In this document: positions 1 to 8,454 of the stretch, in pieces
How positions within the stretch are numbered: position 1 is the first letter of the stretch
Layout of the letters: every line of letters begins with the position of its first letter
Assembly: GCA_964371455.1 (NCBI GenBank)
Contig: CAYJMB010000002.1
Span: forward strand, 1-39,671
Direction: 5' to 3'
Origin: an uncultured archaeon
GTDB taxonomy: Archaea; Aenigmatarchaeota; Aenigmatarchaeia; GW2011-AR5
Length of the DNA stretch: 39,671 nucleotides
Notes under the pieces: model-generated
Told to the model about the DNA's origin: nothing
Databases searched by the model: none
The model's input: only the letters and a program-made list of their open reading frames with translations
Made by a program: the position numbers and the translations under genes

Positions 1-440
1 TATTTTACATTCCTGAGGTGCTCACGCATTATTTTTCCAGGCAATATAGCTTGCAGAGTTTCTGGGGTGACAATAAATATGTGACTTGGTGCCTCTCTTT
101 GGACAGAGCGTTCTGTTTGGCTTGTGTCGCCATGTCGTACTGCTATGTCAATTTCGAGTTTATCGGCCCACCAGAACAGTCTACTTAAGAGGTCTCTGTT
201 TAGACTTCTAAGCGGAGTTATATAGAGCGCAGATATAGGCTTATTTTTATTTTTTGCAATTATGTCCATTATAGGTAAGATAACAGCCTCCGTTTTACCC
301 ATGCCTGTGGCAGACACTAAAAGAATATTGTGCCCTGTTAAAATAGGTTCAATAGCCATCTCTTGTGCTTTTGTGGGCTCCAAAAAGCCTTTTTCTTTTA
401 TCAAATTTTGTATTTTTAGGCTGAGGTGATGAAATCCCAT
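1..440 (-). CDS. Lhr-like DEAD/DEAH-box (SF2) helicase, N-terminal 146 codons only; the gene runs off the left edge
   Basis: Absent from the ORF track because there is no stop in the window. Reverse-strand translation from ATG at 440-438 gives MGFHHLSLKIQNLIKEKGFLEPTKAQEMAIEPILTGHNILLVSATGMGKTEAVILPIM...YITPLRSLNRD...IFIVTPETL. It shows a Q-motif (PTKAQ), Walker A/motif I (SATGMGKT), motif Ia (TPLRSL) and TPE. Confidence 0.7.
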   Translation of the reverse strand, partial: MGFHHLSLKIQNLIKEKGFLEPTKAQEMAIEPILTGHNILLVSATGMGKTEAVILPIMDIIAKNKNKPISALYITPLRSLNRDLLSRLFWWADKLEIDIAVRHGDTSQTERSVQREAPSHIFIVTPETLQAILPGKIMREHLRNVK

Positions 441-504
441 TTGAACACCAACTTAGCTTGTGTAGAAGAGATATCTATTTAATTTGTCAAATATATATAA
501 GGCT

Positions 505-1560
505 ATGAGCCAGAAGAGTTTCAGGGGTATATTGGTTAGAGAGAATCGTTGCCTTCTTTTAAAAATATGTTCTCGCAATTTATACAAAGTTCTTGTAGGA
601 AAATACGCTTCTTTGAAAAGTTTTCGTAATGGGCGTGTAGTCTTGAAGAGAGATTCTACAGGAATGAAGTTTGTTAGATCAAATAAAGGTGATACAGTAA
701 GAATTGCTTTAACGAAATATATAGAAAGATTTTCTGATAAAAAAATATCAGTCAAGGTATATTTTCATGGGTTTCAAGTTAGCAATATAGTTCAGTATGA
801 TGTTGCATTACAATCTTCTATTTATAGAGGCAATGATATTCCCAAAAAAATTTATTGGATTAAAGGGTTTTTAAGACAAAATAAGAGGGGCATAAAACTA
901 ACACTTCACCGGAAAGCTATTGCAAATTTGGCAAGAGAAACACCTTTCCGTGTGTTATTTCAAGTCACAGATAAAGGAATAATTCTAAGAAAATCAAATG
1001 ACAAACTAAGTGGAAGAAAATTATACTCAATTCATAAAACAAAAAATAACTCCCATGTTACAGAAATAGCTTATCCGAAAGAACTACAAAAAAAATTTAC
1101 TGGTTACATTGGTATTCCTATAGATGAATTTGGAATTACTTCGGATAAATTTTCTATGACAGAGACAGAAGGCAAGCTTTTACTGGAATTAACAAAAAAA
1201 GGACTAGATACGTTACCAGGAACCACTCATACACTTGGTGATATAATTTTACCTTGTGGAGGGTATATTGAAGTCACAAATTTCAATCCTTCTGGTAAGA
1301 AGAACTCTAGGCATACATCATCAACAATGCAGATAAGAGGCAAGATATTTGAAGCAGAACATATGTCAATTCACAGAGGTGTAAAGCCTACTTTTATTGT
1401 TATTAACAGATCATGGTCGGGAAACAAGTATCTGCAAGAAGAATTAAAAGAGGCTAAAAAGCACGAGGTTTACACACTTTTTACTGATTTTAAGAATAAT
1501 TGGGAAGGGTCTATTTCCAACAAAATAATAAAAATTTATAATCCCATTGTTCTGAAATAA
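505..1560 (+). CDS. Hypothetical protein, AT-rich orphan
   Basis: ORF-track frame 484..1560. The first ATG is at 505, with a TATA-like tatttaat about 30 nt upstream. The gene is visibly more AT-rich than its flanks and has no motif I can assign. The pattern GDIILPCGGYIEVT in the C-terminal half is only vaguely nuclease-like. The start is uncertain; the next in-frame ATG is at 664. Confidence 0.5.
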   Translation: MSQKSFRGILVRENRCLLLKICSRNLYKVLVGKYASLKSFRNGRVVLKRDSTGMKFVRSNKGDTVRIALTKYIERFSDKKISVKVYFHGFQVSNIVQYDVALQSSIYRGNDIPKKIYWIKGFLRQNKRGIKLTLHRKAIANLARETPFRVLFQVTDKGIILRKSNDKLSGRKLYSIHKTKNNSHVTEIAYPKELQKKFTGYIGIPIDEFGITSDKFSMTETEGKLLLELTKKGLDTLPGTTHTLGDIILPCGGYIEVTNFNPSGKKNSRHTSSTMQIRGKIFEAEHMSIHRGVKPTFIVINRSWSGNKYLQEELKEAKKHEVYTLFTDFKNNWEGSISNKIIKIYNPIVLK

Positions 1561-1569
1561 TAAAATAAC

Positions 1570-2256
1570 TCAGTCCTTCAGTTCAAGATCCTTTATTGTG
1601 CCCAGGTCAGTGCCGTCAAGAAGATAACAGTGTGCATATTTTTTGTCCAAGCACTTTGCGATGGGGCCGAGCAGATCGTCTCTGTTCACTATTGTGGCGC
1701 CGGCCAATTCGTTAAATGCAGGCAGAATAATGATGCTCTTGCCCTTGTAATGCCTCTTTAACGGTCCTTTGACCCAGACAGGCTCCACATAAGTTGCGCC
1801 CATCTCATCCCTGAACTTGACATGCGGCTGGTTATGGCCGATGACTATGAATTTTTTTGTCGTCTTTATCTTCCTATGGCCGTGCGTGAATGCATAGTCC
1901 CTATATGTGTAAGATTTTTTCACTTTCACGTGTGGAGGGACAAGCCTCTCAATCCTGCCGTCGTGATTTCCCTTCACAAGTATAATTTTTTTAAAATTCA
2001 ATAAGGAGAAGAATTCCGGGATTTCTTTTTCCTCCTGCCAGCTGATGTTTGGTATGTGATGCTTCACATCACCGAGGAGGATGAGCTTCCTGGCTCTGGC
2101 CTGTTTTTTAAGGCTGTTCAGCTTTGCGGCCATTGTTTTTATCTGACTTGGCAGCAGTATGCCTTTCTCGCGTATATCTTTTGTTATGCCGATATGCACA
2201 TCTGCTATTACAAGCATGCTGCCGAGCTTCATGACAGGCTTATCTGCAATGAACAT
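1570..2256 (-). CDS. Calcineurin-like metallophosphoesterase (MJ0037/TIGR00024-like)
   Basis: Metallophosphoesterase motifs occur in order: IADVHIG, LLGDVKH, VKGNHDG, FTHGH, IGHNQPH. Confidence 0.8.
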   Translation of the reverse strand: MFIADKPVMKLGSMLVIADVHIGITKDIREKGILLPSQIKTMAAKLNSLKKQARARKLILLGDVKHHIPNISWQEEKEIPEFFSLLNFKKIILVKGNHDGRIERLVPPHVKVKKSYTYRDYAFTHGHRKIKTTKKFIVIGHNQPHVKFRDEMGATYVEPVWVKGPLKRHYKGKSIIILPAFNELAGATIVNRDDLLGPIAKCLDKKYAHCYLLDGTDLGTIKDLELKD

Positions 2257-2268
2257 GATTATTGCTAA

Positions 2269-4389
2269 CTAGAAAAGTTTTAATCCTGACATGATATTTT
2301 TCAGCAGCGACAGGATATGGAAATTTATCATGTAACTGCTGACAGCCCGTGCTGATGGGAGGTTTGTTAACATTCCAGTAGTTTGTACCGGCGAGTCTTT
2401 TTTGGTTTGTGATGCTGTTTTATTCTCTACTTGCGAGATGACAAGAGATGCGTTTTCTGTTGTCAGATCTATTGCATCTGCCAATACAGTTGCATTTAAT
2501 AATGACCTGCTGATTATAATTTCCACCGTCTTGTCGTATGTTTTGTTTGATTTGGCCCTTATTCTCAGATAATAGACACCTTCACTGATATCTTCTTTTA
2601 TTTTATTTTGCAGGATTAGCGTCATATTTTTTGATGCATTGAGGCTTACTGCTACAGGGTTTGGCACCCATCCACCTTCGCTGGCCAGGGAAGAGCCCCT
2701 GAACACGTAGGAATAAACAGAAATGTTTTTCCTTACATCAAAAAGATTCTTTACCATGGCTGTTGTTTTTAGCTCATCGCCTGTGACTGCTGTTTCATTG
2801 TAAGAAAGGACATCGATACCGATGGTATTTTCAGTCTGCCGGAAAGGAAGGCCACTCGTTGAAGATGAAGAACTGCTTGAAGTGCTCCCTGAGGCAGAAG
2901 ATTGCGGCGGGCAATTTGTTCCTTCGATGGTGAGGGAAGACGACACAGTTATGTCCAAACCTGAGACGAAGAGTGCATGCGAGCCGCTCTTGATAGAGCT
3001 GTCGCAGTTCTGCTTTATCTGGACAGGAACTTTTAGCCTGTACATTTTGTATTTATCATTGACGTGTACAGTGCTGACGCTACTGGATTTTTTGCCATCT
3101 TTTTCTGTCCACAAGTCTACTGCATATTTGGCTGTGTTGCCTTTGTAGATCTCTAATTCCACAAGAACAACATCTCCGAATTTTGTGATGTTGTCATGAC
3201 TGATTATTAATATTGATGATCCGTTGCTCTGGGCTGCGCCTTTTACTGCTAATGATGCTGCGGCTTCTATCTCTGTCATGTTATTACAGGTTGCGTTGAC
3301 AACTTTTGAACGGATTATGTATGCCTGGCTACCGTTCAGATCAGGAGGCGTCCAGTCGCGAGATACGGACTTATAGCATTTCATCTCTTGAGTGGTGTTG
3401 GTCTTTTCCTTTGCTGCAGCGCCAAAGAGATCCTCGATCCAGTACTCGATAGTCACGTTATGATCCTTGTTCTCGCATTTTGTGTCGTTCAGTTCGATAA
3501 AATACCGGAATGACTCCGATGCGTTGGCAAAAATTGGCGTCAGAATACGCACAGAAATAAAGCACTGCACTAGCGAGGAAAGGACAGATATCTGGGAGCA
3601 GCTGGACTGGTTTTCGTATGCGGTTGTCAAGTTCCAGCAGAGCGTCAGATTGCCTGTCGCCAGAGGATAAAAAGAAGCCAAAGTGACTGAGCAGGAGATA
3701 TTCTGGGCAAAGTTTTCTGATTTGCTGTACGTTGCATTTGTCAGATTGTACTGAAGTGTCATGTCTACACTTTCACAGGAATCAGCACTTAGATTAAATA
3801 GAGAATAATTTATATTTTCCATGAACGTTGTTGAAAAATTAACCGCAAATTTTGGCAGCTTTTTGTTTTGCGAGCCTGGCGTGGGTGTACACTCTTGCAA
3901 GGTTGAATTGGACTCGGGATAAGCGCAAAGGGTTTTGTTATTGTTGGCGCCGCCAAGGGATGAATTATAGTAAAGAGATGCTGAGTGTGTGGTGTTGGAC
4001 AGATACAATGTTTCATTATTGTTTGAGAGACCACCGCAGAGCGTGCTTGCGTTTGTGTGAAGAGCGAGGCCAGATACATTGTAGTGATTATAGGCAAGCG
4101 TGCCTGACCCACCGTCTGTGATCACAGCAAAGCCGGCAGGCGGGAGGTCAAATGTCGTGTTGCTGTAGGTTTTGTTGTCAGTCTGGTTTACAAGGCCTTT
4201 CAATAAGGAGACATTGCAGAGAGTCCAGTTTTCCAGAGAGATTGTGTCGTTTGTCGGGTTATAGATTTCTATCCATTCGTCATAGCTCTCGTTCACGGGA
4301 GGGTCGTACATCACTTCTGTGATAAGCAAAGACGCATAAGCAGGAGTGATTAAGAACAGCAACAACAAGGCCGGAAACCATGGCTGCAT
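2269..4389 (-). CDS. Secreted cell-surface protein with N-terminal lamin-tail domain (LTD), Ser-rich linker and Ig-like repeats; predicted heavily N-glycosylated
   Basis: The likely true start is M61 of the ORF (ATG at 4389-4387), giving signal peptide MQPWFPALLLLFLITPAYA. An LTD signature follows (LLITEVMYDPPVNESYDEWIEIYNPT...ISLENWTL). I count 40 N-X-S/T sequons in 706 aa, plus a poly-Ser linker SSASGSTSSSSSSSTSG. Confidence 0.75.
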   Translation of the reverse strand: MQPWFPALLLLFLITPAYASLLITEVMYDPPVNESYDEWIEIYNPTNDTISLENWTLCNVSLLKGLVNQTDNKTYSNTTFDLPPAGFAVITDGGSGTLAYNHYNVSGLALHTNASTLCGGLSNNNETLYLSNTTHSASLYYNSSLGGANNNKTLCAYPESNSTLQECTPTPGSQNKKLPKFAVNFSTTFMENINYSLFNLSADSCESVDMTLQYNLTNATYSKSENFAQNISCSVTLASFYPLATGNLTLCWNLTTAYENQSSCSQISVLSSLVQCFISVRILTPIFANASESFRYFIELNDTKCENKDHNVTIEYWIEDLFGAAAKEKTNTTQEMKCYKSVSRDWTPPDLNGSQAYIIRSKVVNATCNNMTEIEAAASLAVKGAAQSNGSSILIISHDNITKFGDVVLVELEIYKGNTAKYAVDLWTEKDGKKSSSVSTVHVNDKYKMYRLKVPVQIKQNCDSSIKSGSHALFVSGLDITVSSSLTIEGTNCPPQSSASGSTSSSSSSSTSGLPFRQTENTIGIDVLSYNETAVTGDELKTTAMVKNLFDVRKNISVYSYVFRGSSLASEGGWVPNPVAVSLNASKNMTLILQNKIKEDISEGVYYLRIRAKSNKTYDKTVEIIISRSLLNATVLADAIDLTTENASLVISQVENKTASQTKKDSPVQTTGMLTNLPSARAVSSYMINFHILSLLKNIMSGLKLF

Positions 4390-4496
4390 ACTGTAACCTA
4401 CAACATTAATGCATAAAAATTGCAGGCAAATCGCACAATCTAGTTGAGAACATGACGGAAAATGTCTTTGTTGCGCATGGCTTGGAACACAGTCTT

Positions 4497-4723
4497 CGCC
4501 AAGGTTAACTATATATACTGGATTCAGACAATTAGAATAAAGAGTGAGACGCAATGAAAGGAATAACACCAGTTATAGCGATAATTTTGCTTCTGCTAAT
4601 AACAATCGCGATGGTCGGCTTCGCATTTGTCTGGTTCTCCAGGGTGGCAACCACATCAGGGACAAACATAGAGAGCCAGCTGAACACTACATTTGGGGCA
4701 AGCGGGAAAAAAGTCGGCATTGA
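4497..4723 (+). repeat. Direct repeat copy 1 (227 bp): pilin promoter, 5' UTR and first 56.7 codons
   Basis: Base-by-base comparison with 5490..5716 (offset 993) shows 226/227 identity. The single mismatch is 4514 t versus 5507 a. Confidence 0.95.
4509..4517 (+). promoter_or_regulatory. Candidate TATA box of pilin gene 1 (ctatatata)
   Basis: AT-rich TATA-like element 37 nt upstream of ATG 4554. A purine-rich GAGTGAG lies 6-12 nt upstream of the ATG as a possible SD. Confidence 0.4.
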
Positions 4724-4955
4724 TGCAATCAGCGCCGCGGCAGCTGCTGTTTCAATAAGGAATACAGGCAGCGCAACTATAGCAGCAGGAGAAATAGCTG
4801 TCTATGCTGGTGGCTCAGTTGTTGTGTGCACGCCTGCCTTGGGTTCGCTAGCTCCTGGTGCAGTCGCTACATGCGACTGGTCTGCAGGATCCTGCACCAG
4901 CGGGACAGTGATACGCGTCACAGCGCCTGGCGGATCCGATGAGACCACATGCTGA
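4554..4955 (+). CDS. Archaeal type IV pilin-like protein (class III signal peptide, Pilin_N/PF07790-like N-terminus)
   Basis: The N-terminus MKGITPVIAIILLLLITIAMVGFAFVWF matches the archaeal pilin pattern K/R-G-(I/V)-(S/T)-P-V-I followed by a hydrophobic helix. The C-terminal motif is SLAPGAV..C....C......IRVTAPG..DET.C. Confidence 0.8.
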   Translation: MKGITPVIAIILLLLITIAMVGFAFVWFSRVATTSGTNIESQLNTTFGASGKKVGIDAISAAAAAVSIRNTGSATIAAGEIAVYAGGSVVVCTPALGSLAPGAVATCDWSAGSCTSGTVIRVTAPGGSDETTC

Positions 4956-5062
4956 TTTGTCGTATACAAAACATTCACAGCAAGCGGTGGATGAATTGCC
5001 GCCGCATCTATTTCTGAAGGCGTGAGAAAAGAAAAGATGATGCAAAAGGAGGAAAACCGAAA

Positions 5063-5443
5063 TTATTTTATCATCTTTAGAGTTTCCTTCGCCACACCTC
5101 TAACTTCTTTATTAGGGTCGTTTTTGGCTATATTTTTAATTTTCTGAATAGCCGAAGAATTAAGTTTCCCAATTCGGCGCAGTGCATATATTGAATACTT
5201 TCTCACTTTGAAGTGTTCATCTTTTAAGGCCTTAACTAGGTAAGGAATTGCCTCTTCGCGCCGGAGCATTCCGAAAAGTTCTGCTGATCCAGCACGCACA
5301 TGCCAATCTTTGTCTTGTAAAATTGATTTTGAGAGAAACGGTATTGCTTTATACCCAATCCAACTTACAGCAACAGCAGCATACCAACGAATACTCCATT
5401 GTTTGATATTGCTACCAGGTGTACCCAGTGTTTTAAGAAGAGA
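5063..5443 (-). pseudogene. HEAT-repeat (PBS-lyase HEAT-like) gene fragment, 5'-truncated
   Basis: The track ORF 5063..5299 starts at GTG. The HEAT-repeat reading frame stays open 48 codons further upstream (…IRWYAAVAVSWIGYKAIPFLSKSILQDKDWHVRAGSAELFG…) to a stop at 5444-5446, with no ATG/GTG/TTG in that stretch. Repeat units of type D.D..VR..A...LG...AIP.L are visible. The fragment is AT-rich. Confidence 0.5.
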
Positions 5444-5489
5444 TTATAAAACTTTCCACAAATTTAGGTGACGTTTACTTTGCAGCCCA

Positions 5490-5716
5490 CGCCAAGGTTA
5501 ACTATAAATACTGGATTCAGACAATTAGAATAAAGAGTGAGACGCAATGAAAGGAATAACACCAGTTATAGCGATAATTTTGCTTCTGCTAATAACAATC
5601 GCGATGGTCGGCTTCGCATTTGTCTGGTTCTCCAGGGTGGCAACCACATCAGGGACAAACATAGAGAGCCAGCTGAACACTACATTTGGGGCAAGCGGGA
5701 AAAAAGTCGGCATTGA
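5490..5716 (+). repeat. Direct repeat copy 2 (227 bp)
   Basis: Same comparison as copy 1. Identity ends abruptly after ...aaaaaagtcggcattga (4723/5716). Confidence 0.95.
5502..5510 (+). promoter_or_regulatory. Candidate TATA box of pilin gene 2 (ctataaata)
   Basis: Same position as in copy 1. The only mismatch between the two repeat copies lies inside this element. Confidence 0.4.
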
Positions 5717-5951
5717 CTCAAGAACTACGACGGTAGTTGCAGTCAGGAATATCGGGAGCGTGACACTTCAGACTTCAGAGATATCTGTTTATGTGGACGG
5801 CGGCTTGAGGACATGCACATGGGCTGGCGCTATAACGTCTCTTGCACCAGGGGCTGTAGGGAGCTGCACATTCAGCGGCGCTGCCTGTGCCGGGCCTGCC
5901 AGAATAAGGGTGACGGCACCGGGAAATGCGGACGAGACTGCGTGCCCGTAA
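5547..5951 (+). CDS. Archaeal type IV pilin-like protein, paralog of 4554..4955
   Basis: The first 57 aa are identical to the paralog. The C-terminal half is roughly 45 percent identical by eye and keeps SLAPGAV.SC and IRVTAPG.ADET.C. Confidence 0.8.
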   Translation: MKGITPVIAIILLLLITIAMVGFAFVWFSRVATTSGTNIESQLNTTFGASGKKVGIDSRTTTVVAVRNIGSVTLQTSEISVYVDGGLRTCTWAGAITSLAPGAVGSCTFSGAACAGPARIRVTAPGNADETACP

Positions 5952-6150
5952 TTTTGTTCTCTTGAAAAACAGAAAAGAATCCAGAAATGTAGTTAGAAAC
6001 TTGTCTCAACATCTCCGCAAATTATATAAACAAGAAAGAACAATTAGTTACATAATTAAAAATGGAGGGTGCGCAAAATGGCAAAAAGAAAGAGAAAGAA
6101 ATAATGTGAATAACTTTTTCTTTTGATTTATTTAATTGGTTTATGATAAT

Positions 6151-6897
6151 TTATTCGCACTTTGCAATAAATTTCATATTTTCTGTAACTTGGTTTCTTA
6201 TTTTTTCTACGTTATTAACTGCGAAACGTGACTGTATTTTCAGATACATTTCCAGAGGCTCCTGATGCTCTGGTTTGTAGTTGAGAGTCGTGTTGGTGCC
6301 AATGAATTCAAGCAAAGGCCAGAGATTGGTGTTCACTGCCATCCTGCTCACTTCTATCGTATTCGAAGAATCAAATCCCCAGAGCTTCGGCGAGGGACAG
6401 TGCACCTCGAGGAAGACAAAACCGGATACGGATTTTGCTTTCAGCAGCTTTCTCATGTAGTCTTCGGGAAATGATGGAGAAGCCGTTGCTGCGTACCTTG
6501 CGCTGACAAGATGTACCAGCTGCTTCTCGACATCTGATCTGGAACTGCTAGAAGATGAGCCTGCATTGTTGCAGCATACGTAGACTATATTTTCCTGAAC
6601 ATTCTTGAAAGAAGCTATGTATTTTTTGGTTGCGATATCTCCGGCAAAGACCAGTACCAACTGTCCTGTTGCTTTTGCGAGGCCTCTGGCAGCAGCGAGC
6701 GGATTTTCTGATACGATAGAGCTTAACTTCAAATATGGAGCGTTCTTTGACATCGCTCCCGGAGAAAAAACAAGAAGGAACCTTTTGTCTGCAAATGCCT
6801 GGAGCGCGAGCTTCATTGCAATCATCCAGCCCTCACCATGATCTGCAACAGTATTTCCAAAAACCTGTTTTGGCTGGACTATCAGATCAACTACCAT
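6151..6897 (-). CDS. porB: 2-oxoacid:ferredoxin oxidoreductase beta (TPP-binding) subunit-like, motif-degenerate
   Basis: PorB-like blocks are present: LVLVFAGD, NIVYVCCNN, YAATASPSFPEDYMRKLLKAK, HCPSPKLWGF, AVNTNLWPLLEF. The N-terminal Cys pair region reads VADHGEGW, and GDG...NxxxxNTG reads GDI...NNAGSSSSSS. Confidence 0.7.
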   Translation of the reverse strand: MVVDLIVQPKQVFGNTVADHGEGWMIAMKLALQAFADKRFLLVFSPGAMSKNAPYLKLSSIVSENPLAAARGLAKATGQLVLVFAGDIATKKYIASFKNVQENIVYVCCNNAGSSSSSSRSDVEKQLVHLVSARYAATASPSFPEDYMRKLLKAKSVSGFVFLEVHCPSPKLWGFDSSNTIEVSRMAVNTNLWPLLEFIGTNTTLNYKPEHQEPLEMYLKIQSRFAVNNVEKIRNQVTENMKFIAKCE

Positions 6898-6912
6898 ACA
6901 TATTACCTACAA

Positions 6913-7347
6913 TTACCTGTTTGCCATTCTTTTTAACTTATTCTTCATGTCATCTATTTTCCGGTGCAGCTCTTTTATGCGTGAGTCAAGAATGGTCTCC
7001 TGGCCTGGCAGAAAGTACCATGTGCCGAGCTCTTTATACCCTTTTCCCAGATAGACACGCTTTATAGGAAGTCCGCGGCGCGATGCCATGAGGAACAATT
7101 CATTGTGCTTGGGAAATTTGTGCATGACATGGACAGCAGCAACCGGCCCATGTAATTTCAGGAAGGTAATAAATTCATTGATGTTGCCCTGCTCAGGCTT
7201 GCGCAAGCCCTTTACCCAATGGTATACTGCTGAATAAGAAATGCCAAGCTGCTTTGCAATGTCCCTGATACCCTTGCCCTGATTGTAAAGCGCGACAGCC
7301 TCATCGTATGTCTTTCCGTAGAATTCGCGGCCTCGGCGAAGTTTCAT
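6913..7347 (-). CDS. Helix-turn-helix DNA-binding protein, function unknown
   Basis: N-terminal HTH: GIRDIAKQLGISYSAVYHWVKG. It ends 15 nt upstream of porB on the same strand. No transposase catalytic domain is present. Confidence 0.5.
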   Translation of the reverse strand: MKLRRGREFYGKTYDEAVALYNQGKGIRDIAKQLGISYSAVYHWVKGLRKPEQGNINEFITFLKLHGPVAAVHVMHKFPKHNELFLMASRRGLPIKRVYLGKGYKELGTWYFLPGQETILDSRIKELHRKIDDMKNKLKRMANR

Positions 7348-7521
7348 GGAATTAATTTGTGACTGAAAGATAAAAAGAGGCTCCGGAGCTACCCTTAATG
7401 CTCATCAGACAACAAGAAGCATCTAACGACACTTCATACGCCTTTCACACTGGGACAGTCTTCGTCATCGCCAGTGTAGATTAGGACGAAAGGGTTAAAA
7501 GGCTTTTGAAATCCAACAAGC

Positions 7522-8454
7522 ATGCAAATCGGGCCGGAAGATCAAGAACTCTATACAGATTTTTTCCGGCAAGAGCCCGTCAGCGAACTTTACGCAAACA
7601 ACTGGGCCTACATCATCCAGGCATGCCGGGGAAGTGGCGGACTTGGGCACAAATACTTCGACGGCACGACGCTTGTCAGCATAGGCAAGCATGATGGACA
7701 CTATGTGCTGGTCAGGCCGCTTGGGGCAAATCCGGTAGCTGCTGTGCAAATGCTGGCAAAAAGACTGCATAAAATTTCAAAGAAACCTGTTTATGCAAAG
7801 CACGTCTTGCCGGAGCAGGCAGCTGATTTCAAATGCATCGGCTTCAGCGACATGCGCCAATACCCATGGTCAGCTGCTTCCCCATTGGATGACGACACAT
7901 TCCCGCAAGTGGTTGTTGCTCTTGACAACATTTTTCGCGTCGAGCAGAAGGAAAGCAGAGAATTAAGGCTGAGATTGAACAGGTTTTTGAATTATGCTGC
8001 TGAAAACCTTACATTACAGGAAGCGTGCTTTTTGTTTGCGCCTGAGCTGTATAATCCGGAAAAACACCTCTATCAAAAGACGCATGCAGTGAGAGTTTTA
8101 GAGAAATGGGCCAGCAAAAACAAAGAGCTTATGGATGCGTACACTAACATGATAGAGTACCCGCCTTCAGAAGGGTTTTGCTATATCATGAGAATTGGCA
8201 TCAAGGCTAGGGGCTTCTATGTTTTTGGCAAGATAGGAGAGAGGACTGTTGGGTGCCATGCAACTATCGCTGATTACAGACAGATGCCGGGACTTTCTGA
8301 AGCAGCGCTGATGAAATGTTTTGGCTCTTTACACAACAAAGGGATAAGACGAGTAAACTTGGGAGGCTCTGAGACAGAAGCCCTGTACAAGTTCAAGCTG
8401 AAATTCCGCCCGCACGAATTAAAGGAAGCAACGCACATGGTCTATTTGCCTTAG
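7522..8454 (+). CDS. Hypothetical protein, possibly DUF2156/GNAT-fold (MprF C-terminal-like)
   Basis: Clean 310-aa ORF. The family call rests only on size and loose resemblance. Its stop codon overlaps the porA stop (convergent genes). Confidence 0.3.
   Translation: MQIGPEDQELYTDFFRQEPVSELYANNWAYIIQACRGSGGLGHKYFDGTTLVSIGKHDGHYVLVRPLGANPVAAVQMLAKRLHKISKKPVYAKHVLPEQAADFKCIGFSDMRQYPWSAASPLDDDTFPQVVVALDNIFRVEQKESRELRLRLNRFLNYAAENLTLQEACFLFAPELYNPEKHLYQKTHAVRVLEKWASKNKELMDAYTNMIEYPPSEGFCYIMRIGIKARGFYVFGKIGERTVGCHATIADYRQMPGLSEAALMKCFGSLHNKGIRRVNLGGSETEALYKFKLKFRPHELKEATHMVYLP

Noticed and set aside
2822-4121. ORFs inside or antisense to the LTD surface-protein gene
   Set aside because: Same reasoning: they are short, motif-free and overlap a well-supported gene.
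4390-4569. N-terminal extensions of track ORFs, for example 4390-4569, 9489-9641, 14189-14335, 21758-21865, 22631-22681, 33308-33490
   Set aside because: The extensions run into promoters or upstream genes and lack homology-like sequence. Internal ATGs give proper signal peptides or conserved N-termini (MQPWFP..., MIIKNE..., MQRVNF..., MLIELHSH..., MIKAVVLDFDG...).
4497-5716. Possible CRISPR array or IS element, given the long direct repeat
   Set aside because: There are only two copies 993 bp apart. The repeat is a promoter plus pilin 5' coding sequence, with no short repeat-spacer periodicity, no terminal inverted repeats and no transposase.
6078-6104. The micro-ORF MAKRKRKK as ribosomal protein L41e
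   Set aside because: It is far shorter than the L41e sequences I recall (25-38 aa) and shares only polybasic composition.
6913-7347. The HTH gene between porA and porB as a transposase/IS remnant explaining the operon split
   Set aside because: There is only an HTH motif, with no DDE or serine recombinase domain and no inverted repeats that I could see. It is recorded as a plain HTH protein.
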